Assembly (NCBI RefSeq): GCF_036321535.1
Contig: NC_087436.1
Coordinates: 57,972,001-58,036,000, forward strand
Direction of reading: 5' to 3'
Length of the DNA stretch: 64,000 nucleotides
From: Camelus dromedarius
Taxonomy: Eukaryota
Shown here: piece by piece, positions 43,511-56,621 of the stretch
Position numbering within the stretch: position 1 is the first letter of the stretch
Layout: every line of letters begins with the position of its first letter
Program-made: the position numbers and the translations under genes
The notes under the pieces: model-generated
Databases searched by the model: none
What the model was told of the DNA's origin: nothing
The model's input: only the letters and a program-made list of their open reading frames with translations

Positions 43511-45425
43511 ATTGAAGGAACAGTGTACTTGCAATCTGGCCTCCAAAGTGGAGTAGGTGTAAGGTAGCTTACTTATATTTCAAATTACATGACTTTTTTT
43601 AGCCTTAGTAGTTCACATTAATGTAACTTAAAGTCTGCTTTAAAAAAAACCATTTTTTTTCACAGAAATCATCTGCTTTTGTTGATAAAGAAAAATCCTA
43701 AATGGAGTTGACAATAGTAGGAGGGGCAAACGAGAAGAATCTTGTCCTTCATAACAAAAGTGTTGTTTAGCCTTCTCTACATGCACTATTTAGAAACATC
43801 AATATTCTTTTGTAATAGGTCTAATATATACAAGCTCCATGAAAGCAGAGATGTGCTGTTTTGTTTGTTTGTTTGTTTGTTTTTAACTCAGATGTTCTTG
43901 GCAAATAGGGGACTTGAGTAAATTTTCTTAAAAACATGGATAAAATGTAATATGTAATAGATTAGACCATTCATCTTTAAAAACAATATTCTTCATAGAT
44001 GCTTTTGTAGTAGTAATATATCAAAGTCTGTCACCTCTTTAGTGTATAAACATTCACTTTTAAATTTGATTCGGTTAAAATAATCTTTTAATAAAATGTG
44101 TGTTTAAGATGATTTTAAACTAAGTAAAATGTATTATGATTTTTAAGTGAACTAAAATGGCTACTTGTATGATTTATTATAGCAACTATGAAAACTCACA
44201 ATTTTCTAATGTAATACATTCTAATTTACTGTAAAATTATTTTAATTTTTATTTGTGACTAGATCACCACTATCACAATTTATGGATGATCACATGTCAC
44301 TGAGCACAGAATGCACTTGGATTTATTCTCTGCCAGGAAGTAATCTTCTACCATCTGCAGTTTGTTATCATATTCTAATTTCACTAATAATGCCCTTCAA
44401 CATAGAATCAGAAGCATTTCTATTTTGGGGGGAAAAAGCTGTCTATGTACTTTACAGAGCTATGAAACAGTGCATAAGGTCAGAAACACTATTTAATAGT
44501 TAGCTTGGCTACTGCTAGTGGCAATTATGAAGTGAAAGGAGGTAATTCTTGAAAAGCATGGCATAAAATTTGTGACAACTTTTTCTCGATACAGCTTTTC
44601 ACTAAGTCACGTGCACTCTTTCATATGTTGCTTTTTAAAGTCAGGACTGTGCAAGTTGTTAAAAAGGCCTGTTTAAATCTATGACATTAATTTTTGTGTG
44701 AAATTCACTTAAACATACAAAGATAACATTTCTTCCAAGGTAAGATACAAAATCAAAACATCAGACTGATACCACAATCTTCTTAATCATTGACACCAGC
44801 ATGAAAAAACAACAGCAACCAAAAACCAGCTAAGCCTCCTGTACCTCTGCTATTGCCTAGAAACTGTTGCTTTCAGGGAGGAGAAATGTGTCGGCTCTAT
44901 AATCTAGAGAACTAGGGCATATGTGAGGTGTGCTGGTTTTTTTAGCTCTGGTTCAGATGTGAATCAATGTTGGATTTTAGGCAAGAATCACTTTTTCTCT
45001 TTGGGTTTCAGTTTCTTTACATATTAAAGGTGGTGATTAGACTAGAGTATTTCCCAGGATACATCATACCAATGTTTCACTCTCTCTCTTCCCCTTACTT
45101 CTGTTATTGATCAATCTTTCCTCTACTTGGCACGTTCTAACTTAATTGGTTATATTTTGGCCTAGAAATAGAAAAAGGCTTTATATTTCTTTCCGGTGGC
45201 TTTATATACCTCTGTGTTTTGATTTATTATAAGGACATTGGGGTTAGGTGCTATTGGTAAATCAGTGTACTCTTGCAAACTTACACTGAAGAGAGTATGG
45301 TGTGTTTTATTTATCATATGCCTGTTTAAAACGCCCTGGCATTTTTTCCACTGTGTAAAGGTTTATGGACGTTTCAAAGAAAGGCTGATCTATTTGTAAC
45401 AAAACCATTTTCTTCTGAATGTGTC

Positions 45426-45458
<33 letters not shown>

Positions 45459-45492
45459 CAGACAGAGACAGAGAGACAGAGAGAGAGAGAGA
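45426..45492 (+). repeat. Compound (TA)n(GA)n/(GACA)n microsatellite
   Basis: Directly visible. Confidence 0.9.
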
Positions 45493-47867
45493 AAGCACTA
45501 AATTTAATACCTTCTCTTCCTTCTTTCACCGTCCCCTCAAAAAAGGAGAAAAGGGAAAGTTCTAACATAATATTGTGATTTCCGACGGTTTTCCTTTTTT
45601 GAAAAGACAAAACAAAGAAATGAGGATTCACCTGGGTTTGTATCAAATAAGCAATCTCAAGAAATAACGTTTCTTATGAGTCTCTTTGCCATGTCTTTCC
45701 ATGAAACACTGCGATGTTTTGTACCTCATAGCACCTTCTCTGTCATACCATCCTGAACTCTTCCCACAAATAATATCCATGGAGATTGTTTTAATGAGAG
45801 TTAGATGCTCCAATTGCAAAAAAAAATGTTTCATCCACAGTACTAACATACTGATATTTCCCATAATGTTAGAGATTTCATTTCAAAGCCCTTTTTATCT
45901 CTTTTCATCATCACACATACCTATGAAGCAAATGGTGATTATTACACCCAATTTACCTCATAGAGCTTTTGCTAATCACAAATGAAAACATGTATGTGGA
46001 AGTCCTTTTTCAACAGCAAAGTAATACTGCACTATAATTTGTATCACCCCTTTTTGTATGACTTTACTCTTTTACTTGAAGGATCCTGAAGTACAGTTTG
46101 AGGTAACTGATTATGAAAGAGTATAATTACTTAGAGATAAAGGTCTATAATCACTGACTCAATCAACTATTAAGGACATTCCCAAAGGAATACAAAGGCA
46201 GTGTAATACGAAGTATCTATACTCTTTAGAAGCTTAGAGTTGCCTTACATAGCCACCCAATATTAATCAAATATAGGTGAGATGTTTATCTAAAAGAAAC
46301 CATACAAGTATGAAAAGATTATTTAGGTTCAAAAAGGGCATACATTTTAACACGAGTTGGATCAATTTGGCTTGAACTTGCTGGAAAGTTTTTTTTTGCT
46401 AAAGAAGCACATTAACTCTTAAATCCCTTAAAAAGGGTATCATTTTCTTAATTATTCTTTTATTGGCACAGAGTTCATGCTTAAGAAATATTTGATGAAC
46501 CAACAATAAGATGAATCTTGAAGGAGAATTTGATTTTGATAACTGAGGAGGAAGGAAAAGGGTATCCTGGAATGTGGAAGAAAGATCTAAATAATGAGCT
46601 CTTTCCTTTGGGAAAAGCAATAGAGAAAACAGACCACTGTTAGACAACCTTACTTTTACTTGAAGGTTCATAAGTAATATGGCAAAAGAGACAATTTAAG
46701 AAGTAATGGAACTCTAACTTCAAAACATGTATACCATCTCTAGACTCCTGGGCAACCTGACTGAGAATAGTTCAACTTATAGTGCAGCAATCACAGAATG
46801 GTTTGTCAAAGTGACAGCTTGAGAGGAGAAATTTTAGAATACTGGGGATTGTAATGGCATAGAAGAGTAGTGATTTATGTGTCAAGCAGAGAGAACTGCT
46901 GATTAAGCGACAATTTTTCCAGGCACATGTTTACCCAGGAATAGTGATTGTAATCACACTCATCCTCTTCATATAATGGCCTGTTTACTGAGTTAAGGTT
47001 TAATAATAATAAGGTGAAACAAATGTAGTCAAGTCATTGTGTCACTCTTCTCCAAATATCTTCGTACTGCTACATGTTGATTTTTCTATGGAATATATAA
47101 TACAAAGAGAGAGAACAAATACCATTTCAAAGATACAGCAAAATAAAATCTCAACTCAAATGCACTAGTTACATGCTTTCTCTGAAACTAGAGCACCTGG
47201 GTTTTCATTCCGGGCCCTGTGCTTTTCAGTGGTATGACTTCAGGATAGTTACTTAACCTTATTTTCTCACCACTAAAGTAGAAATGCTAATATATACCAG
47301 TAAGAATTAATAAATTAATACATTTTAGAGTAATGCCTAATACACACTCAGTAAAAGCCAATGGTTTGAAATTTGAATTTTTAACAGAATAGACTTCAGA
47401 AGGGGAGCATGTAAACAAGTTTATTAGGAAGGACAGATGTAATAGAGCTAGACAGGTGCTTAAAAAAAACATGGGAAAATGAATTAAAGTAGAAGAGGAA
47501 ATTTCAAGTCACTATTCACGCAACAAATTACTGGATTCTCATTATGTGCAAATCTGTGTTTGATGCTGTACTTCAAGAATATTATAAATTCCATGAAAAT
47601 CCCTTCTTGCATCTCAAGCTATAGTTCTGATTTTAGGTTTTTAACTGTTTTTGAAAGGTTCACAGCCTGTATTTCTTACATGTTTTCTTTTATTAGCATT
47701 TTCTGAAGGAGATCAAACTAGTTTTCCAAGCTGGGCACGCCTCAGAGCTTGGACGCTCTGAGTTATGATGGAGTGATTACCCACAGACAGTCACCTCTTT
47801 TGGCCCTAACATGAATGCAATCATGGGAATCAGCTAAAATAATTAAAGCTATCAGCTTGAAATGTTC

Positions 47868-47910
47868 TCTGTACAAGTTTATTTACTGTGAGTAAATAAA
47901 CTTGTACAGA
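47868..47910. repeat. Perfect inverted repeat, 20-bp arms and 3-nt spacer
   Basis: TCTGTACAAGTTTATTTACT-gtg-AGTAAATAAACTTGTACAGA; arms are exact reverse complements. Confidence 0.97.
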
Positions 47911-50900
47911 ATGTGTGTGTCCCTGAAACATCTTGCTAAGACAGTGTGATTGTGCTTAAAGGAACCAATGTCAATGACCCCCAATGACAAGTTGTTTTTT
48001 ATCAGAATTTAAATGAGATCTTCCTTTAAACATAATTTCTTGGTTTATATCATTTTAAAACTAGGTTCATGATTAGAACACAGTGGTTTATTTCTCTACC
48101 CATCAGTTAAATGAAAAATGCAAATAAAACTTACTATTATTATCTTAAAAAATCTTTTTAAAAAGTTGAAAACAGTTTTCTTGCCTGTATTCCCCCCTTT
48201 TAATGTCGTATTGAAAACGCAAATATGTGATAATTTATGTCTTATTTAATTACCATGCTTAAAATATTAAATTAGCTTAGGGGATTATCATTTCCATTTA
48301 TAAAACAAGGAACACGATGACTTGCCAGATCCATAATAAAAATAAGTAGCAAATCAACTTGGAATAAGCTTATTCTTCCATTGATTTATCACAGAAATTT
48401 TAAGAACAATGACAACTAGACTAAAAACAAACTTAGCTAAATTATTAAAATGAAATGTCTTTTAATGTATGTTAATGTATTTACAAGACTGACACCAAAG
48501 ACTTGGAATGCAGGAGAAAATGATTAGGAAATGATGTTGGTTTCATTTCTTTTCAAGTTTTGGGTGTGAAGAACAACAATCTTTGGTTCAGGGAAAAAAA
48601 GTCTGGAAGATTGGGTTAACCCATTCTTTATTACTGATTCGCAGGGGTGTCTTCTACCTTGATCTACTCAGTGTAGTGTCAGCTAGTCTAGACTTTATGT
48701 TTGCCTATTAGGGAGATTGGATTGGGAAGAAACAGCTTAGACAAATGCAGTTGGGCACAGAGGAGAAATACAAGTGCTTGGAGCTCTTGAATTTAACGAG
48801 TATGTGCCTTGGCAAAGAGCTAGTAAATGCTGATATAAAGTTAGCTTGTATTTCTAAAATTATAATTTTATCATTATAAGTTATAAAATTATACAATTAG
48901 CTTATATTTCAAAGCCCAAAGCATTACGGTTACAACTTGTATTACTATTTCACAGCAAAAAAAAAAAATGCATACAGGAGAATTATGTAGAAAAATGTTA
49001 TTTTTCATTTTATTCTCTGTGAGTGGTGATGGAAAAATATAAGAAGAAACATATATGAATAGGTAGTATTATACTATTTTAATATAATAGTGCTACAATA
49101 TCTATTATATATTATATGCTGTTGTGTTTAATGTAGTAAATATATGTGTCATTTATTATATATACTACTTATATTATTTTACTTTCTGATATCATGGGAC
49201 ACTGAAAAAAGACAATTCAGTTTAATTTAAGCACATGTTTATTAAGAAGCTACACTATGGGCTTTGGTGAAAAGAATACAATTCTAATATTTAAAGATTT
49301 TTTTAAAAGATAAAAGCCTGGATATATAACTTCCAAAATTAAATTTTCAAGTCTCACTTTATTCATCCACAAAATTGGGGTGCAAATGCTTACAGGCATT
49401 AAGTATGGAAACAGTATAATATCTGAAAAAATATAAGCTATGATTGCAGCTAATAAAGATAGGTATGCATTGGTTTCAGAAATGCAAAACTATATAAAAT
49501 GAAATTGTATTTATTCCCAAACAGAAAAAAATACTTTTAGCAAAATGAACACTATCATCTAGAATGTTTACAACTCACAGCAAACCAACAGCCAGATCCT
49601 AAGCATCAGTCAGGATTACTTCTTATGTTTTACTCTATAAATTTCAATATATTAGTGTTTAGGTTGTCAAAGTGGTTAGAAAGTGAGATTTGTTCACAAG
49701 GAGTTAGGAGAAATTAATTACAGACTTGTTGCCCTGGGTAAATCTAAAGTTTATTGTAAAACTTGACTGTTACCAAGTAGCTTCTACACATAATTCCTTA
49801 TGGAATATCTATTAAGGATTAGGCTAAAGTGGGTCAAATTATGCACTGAAACAGAATCCTTGGTATGTAATATTAATTAACAGATGTGTGTGAAAACATA
49901 TACACTTCTTGGTGGCAACCTCTTTTAATTAAGAGTAAAATGTGATCATCATAATTCCGAATTGCAAATGCTTCTCACATACTGAGTTTCATTATACTAT
50001 TTTTTTCCATTTTCCCTGCCATACAAACAAACTTTTGTATTTCAAAGTGAAAGGAGTATTAGAATGTCAAAATATCACTGCTGACAAATAAGAGCCTTAA
50101 AGCACATGTAGTTATCTGACACAGTAACTTCGGGGCTTGTTCGTTTTGAACAATAATGTCTCCAACATGAATGCTGTATTGGGATCAACTTTTCCATCAA
50201 CCTGTTCCATTGATAGATACACGGAATTTTAATTTTCCATTTTAAAGACAGTGATGACCTCCATGCAAATAATGTAAGTTACAAAAGCCACTCTCTTAAT
50301 ATGTAGCACTGATACGGAAACTGCCTCTTTTTTTGAATACGGAACATAGTTTGTAGAATCAAGCCTGTTTGTGCCCTTGAAAGAGTACAAAAACACTGAA
50401 TTGAGTTTGAAACTATCTAAAGGTTTATTGAAAAAAAAAGCATAATAGAAAAATCTCTCTCTTTTTTTTAGTTCTGAAGTGACTGACAGACTATAGTTGC
50501 AATTTCTGAAGAGTATGAACGAAGGGATTAGACCAGTGAGTAAAATATCAGGAGGAATTACAGTCAAAGAAGAAATGTGATATTTATGTTTATATTGTAT
50601 TCACATCATTGGAAGGAGTATGGCTACTGGAGAGCATCTCATATTTATGTCAACTCATGATCTTTCATGAACATATCAACTGTTATCTTCACCAGAAAGA
50701 AATTACAAAAGAGGTAGAAATGTATAATTTTTTTATATCTGTGGATGCATCCAAATATAACTTCATCTATAATTGGTAGGTTATTTTTCCTCCTCTTTTT
50801 CTTCCTCCTTCTCTTACTTCAATTTTGGTAAACATAAAATGTGAAAAGAAAATAACAATCACCCCAATTTGCACCATTAACTGAACATACTAGCCAATTA

Positions 50901-50989
50901 TATCCCCAAATTAAAGATACGAAGTATTTTACAAGATTTGGATGTTATATTAATGAAACGATCTTAAGCCAAAACTACATTAAAAAATA

Positions 50990-52630
50990 CTATTGGACTC
51001 CTGGTTTCCAGTTCTGCATGTGAGTAGCTTGGAGGACCCCTGCTGTCCTAACAACAAGTAAAAACTGAAGAGACTTAAAAACAAACAACTCTTCTTGGAT
51101 CCATAAAACAGGAGGAAACAGGGCAAACCACTGCCCCCAAAATGGAGAGAAAGACAGGCAAATATAGGTCATCACAGCCTCCCAGCTTACCACAGCAAGG
51201 ATTCATTAGTGGAAACTACCAGAACCAGTGCCTGAATAGGAAAACCTTAACTGTAATTGATGAATTGCTGGAGGGTCATGGCAGACGACTCTTTGAGAGT
51301 TAAAAATTCCAGGGAGACCCAGTCATAGGGGAGTTACCACAATATTGTGAGATTTCTTTCAATAGCTTACCATATCCCTGCAGTAAAAGTCAGAAAAATC
51401 TTTTTGAGCTTCAGCTGAGGATAGAGAAAAGGAACCATTCTGAAATACACCATAGCATGCCGTTATTCTTAAGAAAGCCTGTCATTAGGGGATACTACTT
51501 AACAAGAGCCTAATTTCCTGAAGGATTATTATCCATCACCCAAGTTAGCTGAGGAAGGGACACAGCCAGTTCCAGCCTGCTCTAGCCACTGCGATCCACC
51601 TAAGAGGGGAGTAAAGCCTGAGAAACACTTGAGAAACCTGAAGTTCACAATGCAGAGACATAGGCTCACTAAAAGACAGAGACCTGATCATAGGAATATA
51701 GAACACTTCCCCTCCCCCATACCACCACTACATTACCAAAGGCCGACTTACAGCAGTTCTTTTTACCAAGTATATCATGTCTGGTTATCAAGATAAAATT
51801 ATTAGGCATATCAGAAGGCAAAAAACACAGTTTGAAGAGACAGAGCAAGCATCAGAACCAGACATGACAAGTATGTTGGCATTATTAGACCAAGAACTTA
51901 AAACAACTATTATTAATGTGCTGAGGGCTCAAATGGATAAAGCAGACAGTATGCAAGAATAGATGGGCAATGTAAGCAGAGAGATGGAAATCCTAAGAAA
52001 AAACAAAATAACACGCTAGAGATTAAAAAAAACAACAACAACACTGTAACCAAAATGAAGAATGTTTTTGATTTGCTTATTAGTAGATTGGACATGGCTG
52101 AGGAGACATCCCTGAGCTAGAGAATGTATCTATAGAATTCGCAAAAACCAAAAAGCAAAGAGAATAAAAACTGAACAAAACAAAATAAAAACAAACAACG
52201 AATGGACTATCCAAGGATTGTAGGGCAACCACAAATGGTGTATGTAATGGAATTACTAGAAGAGGAAGAAAGAGAGAAAGGAACAAAAATGTTCGAAACA
52301 ATAACCAAGAATATGATGTATGACCCTAATGATACAGGGTTGGGAGGAAGGAATAAAGATTATTTTGGTATTATTAGGTACTTACACTACTCATAAAATC
52401 ATATTAGTATTAGTTGCAAGTAAACTTGGATTAGTTGTAAGAGGATATTGCAAAATGTAGGGCAACCACTAAAAAAGTAAAATAAATAAATAATAAATAA
52501 ACTGATCTGCTAAGAAAGAAAACTGAATTATAGAAAATGCTCAGTAAAACTCACAAAAAGCAGAAAAATACTCAAAACACAAAAACTGGCACAAAGAATA
52601 AGGGCAGCAAATAGAAAACAGTAATAAATA
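50990..52630 (+). mobile_element. L1M 5'UTR, partial ORF1 and inter-ORF remnant
   Basis: ORF 51777..51962 (KIIRHIRRQKTQFEETEQASEPDM...ELKTTIINVLRAQMDK) resembles an old L1 ORF1p N-terminus. Downstream tagggcaaccactaaaaaa is a typical L1M inter-ORF motif. Confidence 0.8.
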
Positions 52631-54129
52631 AATATATATATGATGCTTATGCACACACATGTATTTACAGTGCTGCCAGTATCTATTATAAAAAGGGCCT
52701 GACCTACAGCCTGAATCAGAGTCCCCCCAGTCTACTCGCAGACCTGAGTAGAAAAAGTGCTTTGTTTTAAGCCCCTAAATTGTTGAGGTATTTATTAGAC
52801 ATCATTGAAAACAGAAGAAATTTGACAAATAGTATTAAAAGGTATTTCTAAAACAGCATTTCACTCCCTTTGCAGTGTATCACAAAATCTTCAAACTTAC
52901 ATTCAATTAACTAGCCAAACTGGCCTCTGTAAAATTCTATAAATTTACTTTTGAAAAGACAAAAAAAACTAAACCAAACACATTAAAAAAGATGGCATGG
53001 GGTAAAAACATGTCTCTTGAACAAACATATATTGTAAAATGAACAATCACCCAATCCTTCCTGCCTTCTCTGGTTCATCCTATAAGCACTTAATGATCTC
53101 ATGCAATTACATTTGTCATTAAGTTAACATACATGCTGCTCCATTTCATTATATAATCATGCTTACATAGAGGGTTGATACTAGCACTGAAAATACATGA
53201 CTTTTGGAAGGAAATATATGTACTGAAATATCCAGATCATTCAAAAGGCAATACTGATTAATATTTTCATCTATTCAACACATTATTTTGTAGACATAGA
53301 GCAAGTAGTCAGAAATCTATCTGTAAGGGTGGGAGAAATCAAAGGAAGGTAACCAAGAAATTTTATTTCCCTACTGTTTGAAGATCTGATTTTTATTTTT
53401 CCAATACAGCAAATGAAGTCAACATAACTATGACAACCTACATGGAGACAGTATCAAATTGACTGGGCCCAGGGGACAGAGGCTGCCGCTAGCCTCATTA
53501 ACTGGGGAGTCTAAAATGCTGTCAAATTACATACACAGGGAGGTTTACAAATAAACAGCAGCATTTCGCGCCAAAGCAAACTCTCTCCATCAAATTATCT
53601 AGCTGTGCTTTGACTAAACACAGACTTCCTATTGGTCTTAATTTAAACTATAAGCAGACAAAGAAACAGATCTCTGAGAAAAGAGCAAATTAAGAAAAAA
53701 TAAAAAAAAACAATTTGTGTGCATTTTGAATTCCCAGCAAAAAATACTAAAGATGGCAGTTGTCTAGATAATTTGAAAAAATAAGGTACCAACATAATAG
53801 GTATAAGTATAAGATTTATACATTTAGAGACCTTGTTTTCTTCTGTAGTGATGAGATAGTTCAGAAACACACTCTGAGAATACTTTTAAAATTATTTTAT
53901 TTGGAAAACAAAATGAGGAACATTTAAGAACTTACGAGTAACAGCTGTTTCTCTCATTTATCTTTGAGGCATAGAATGTATATTTAATTTTTTTCTTGAC
54001 AAATGTTAACCAAACTAATATTTGCCATATCTATAGTACCAAAAACATATTATTCTTAACATGTTCCATAACATTCAAATGTCCAAACTGGGCAACATAA
54101 AATTGAAATAATTTGATTTAACCATTAGT

Positions 54130-54352
54130 CTAGTGGTTCCTAACTGGGGGCAATTCTGTCCTCCAGTTGATATCTGGCAATATCCATAGATACTCATTTT
54201 AATATCAAGACTGGGGAGTTGCTACTGGCAGCAAGTGAATATGCCAAAGATGCTGTTAAACATCCTATAATGCACATGAGGTCCCCCACCCCAAACACAA
54301 TACAGAAGCCTCCAGTACAGATGTCAATTGGCATGAATTTAAGAAACCCCAT
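54130..54352 (+). mobile_element. MER20 (hAT-Charlie)
   Basis: tagtggttcctaactgggggcaattctgtcctccag...gctactggca...gatgctgttaaacatcctataatgcaca...taagaaaccc. Confidence 0.85.
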
Positions 54353-55048
54353 CTGAAATGAAACAATTCATTTGCCCAGATAATTGAACTTTCATTTCAG
54401 TCATTAGTGAAAGTTGGAGAAATCTGCAAAACTTTTCCTAATCTAGACTGGAATATCAACATGCTATACTCATTTGCCTTAATTATGTTTCTGTATTTCT
54501 CACATGCATTTCAAATGTTATCAAATGGAAGCATGCTCCTTGTATTTACATTATATCTACTCGCCCCTTAGCAAGCTCAAATTATTCAGAGCTCCTGATG
54601 TTTCTAGAGATAGAATGTACTTTTTGGTGAGATTTTGCAAGATGACTGTCTTGCGATTAAGTGCAATACAAATGATTATACGGTGTCAGAACAGAATGAA
54701 TACACTGTTTTTCTGCTGCAATGAATATTGCTAACATTTCTGATACCGAAGTGAACTGAGCACTAATTTATAACACAGTTATTTTAATATATTAACCTTG
54801 CATTAAATTCATGAAGTAAAGAAAAACATATATTGGAATGAGCCAAATGAAAGATAGATAATTTTAATTAGGATATTGAAAAATAATTTTAGATATTAAA
54901 TTGTACATATATAATGGATTTTAAGAAAACTCAGTATTACTAATGAGAAAAATTTGTACAATATAGAAATTGAGAGATTTGGGGGACTTTTCTATTTTTT
55001 TAAACTAAGACAAGATTCCATCTTATATTATGATTTAAGCAATATGAT

Positions 55049-55381
55049 TAGTATCCTCCAGAAACTGGTTCCAGGATCCAGCAGATGCCAAATCCATGAA
55101 TGCTCAAGTCCCTTACATAAAACAGCATAGTACTTGCGTTGCATACAACCAACCTACAATACATCCTACTTTAAATCATCTCTAGATTACTTATAATACC
55201 TAATACAATGTAAATGGTATGTGAGTAGTTGTAATTGTAAATGCAATGTAAATATTATGTAAATGTAAATAGTTGTAGCAAATCCCAATTTGCTTTTTGG
55301 AACTTTCTATAAGTTTTTTTTTTCTTTTTTTCCCCTCAAATATATTCAAGCACTATTAGTTGAATCTGTGGGGCCAACTAT
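55049..55381. mobile_element. MER2-like (TcMar-Tigger)
   Basis: ggttccagga...ccaaatccatgaatgctcaagtcccttacataaaa...ctttaaatcatctctagattacttataatacctaatacaatgtaaatg. Confidence 0.85.
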
Positions 55382-56010
55382 AATGGCACATAGAGCAGAA
55401 AGCTTGCTTGTTACCCAATCCAGCAGATTTCAAGAACAGATCTTCAAAAAAGGATGAAAGAGTTTATTCACAAATCTCAGTAGCTGAATTATACTAAGTC
55501 AAAATAAAACCAAATATTGACAAATAAATACATTCCCTAATTTTAAAGATGGATGAGTAGGAAAATAATAAATAGTGAATGAGTAGAAAAAATTAATATA
55601 AAATATTCCCAAGAAGGTTACTGCTGAGAAAAGTGTATAAAAATGTATTCGCTTTACTTTGAATTGTAGATATGATCTCTAGTAATTTATTCATAACATG
55701 GTCAGCAAATGCTTTAAAAAATTGGCTTCTGATTATGACAATATATTCCTGAGAAGAGATCAAGTTAAACCTAGCCTTTGTTGTAGCTTATTACTCTAGT
55801 TATTTGTATTATTAAATTTAAAATTTCACAACGGATTTCAAGTGGCCTTTGCTTGAAAGCATATTGCCTGGTAATTCAATGTACTAGCTTCACTGCAACA
55901 CATTAACAACTTTCTTTCTTTTGAGAGAAAATACTCTAAAGAATAAAACTGAAGGTGGAACATGTAAAATTAAAGAGAGAGAAAAAATTAATACTAAAAG
56001 CAGATAAGAT

Positions 56011-56490
56011 TTGTGGCAGACCTTGTTCTCTGGGTACTAAGATGCCTTTCCTACTACTCTTCTTCCTTATTCATCTTCCACATTTGAGGTCTAAAGAAAA
56101 TCAGATCCTCTTCCCAGACTACTCTGAAGCTTGGAGTGTCCACTGACCTAATTCTAGTCAATGAGACTGAAGGAAGTCTTCTGGAAGGTTAGTTGCCCTG
56201 ATAAAAGAAATAAGGCACAGAGATTTTTCTCTTTCTCTCTCTTCTTCTTTGTCTCTCTCTCTCTCCAGGTTACCCTCATCTCCTTCCTGCCCTGAAACAT
56301 GGTTATGTGAAGGTGTGGGGTCTGTGGCAATAGCAGCCATGTTGTGACCATAAGAAGAGCAAGAAAATTCAAGCAAATTCTGGAATCAAGCGTCTTGAGA
56401 TTTTTTGTTCTCAACAATACATGCCCTTATATTTTATGTCACTATAGGTCAAGTATTCTGTTTTTTATTGTCAAAAGCTTTGCTGAAATA
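56011..56490 (+). mobile_element. Old MaLR LTR (MLT1I/J-like)
   Basis: tgtggcaga...ttctagtcaatgagactgaaggaagtc...cagccatgttgtgaccataag. Confidence 0.6.
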
Positions 56491-56593
56491 AGAACACTGA
56501 AATATGTGCTTATCAAGCATAAATAATCCTATTCCTATGTTAGGAAGCAGTAATTGGTATTGACCGAATATACTAAGAAATCTCTCTCCCTCT

Positions 56594-56621
56594 CACACAC
56601 ACACACACACACACACACACA
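56594..56621 (+). repeat. (CA)n microsatellite
   Basis: Directly visible CA run. Confidence 0.95.
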
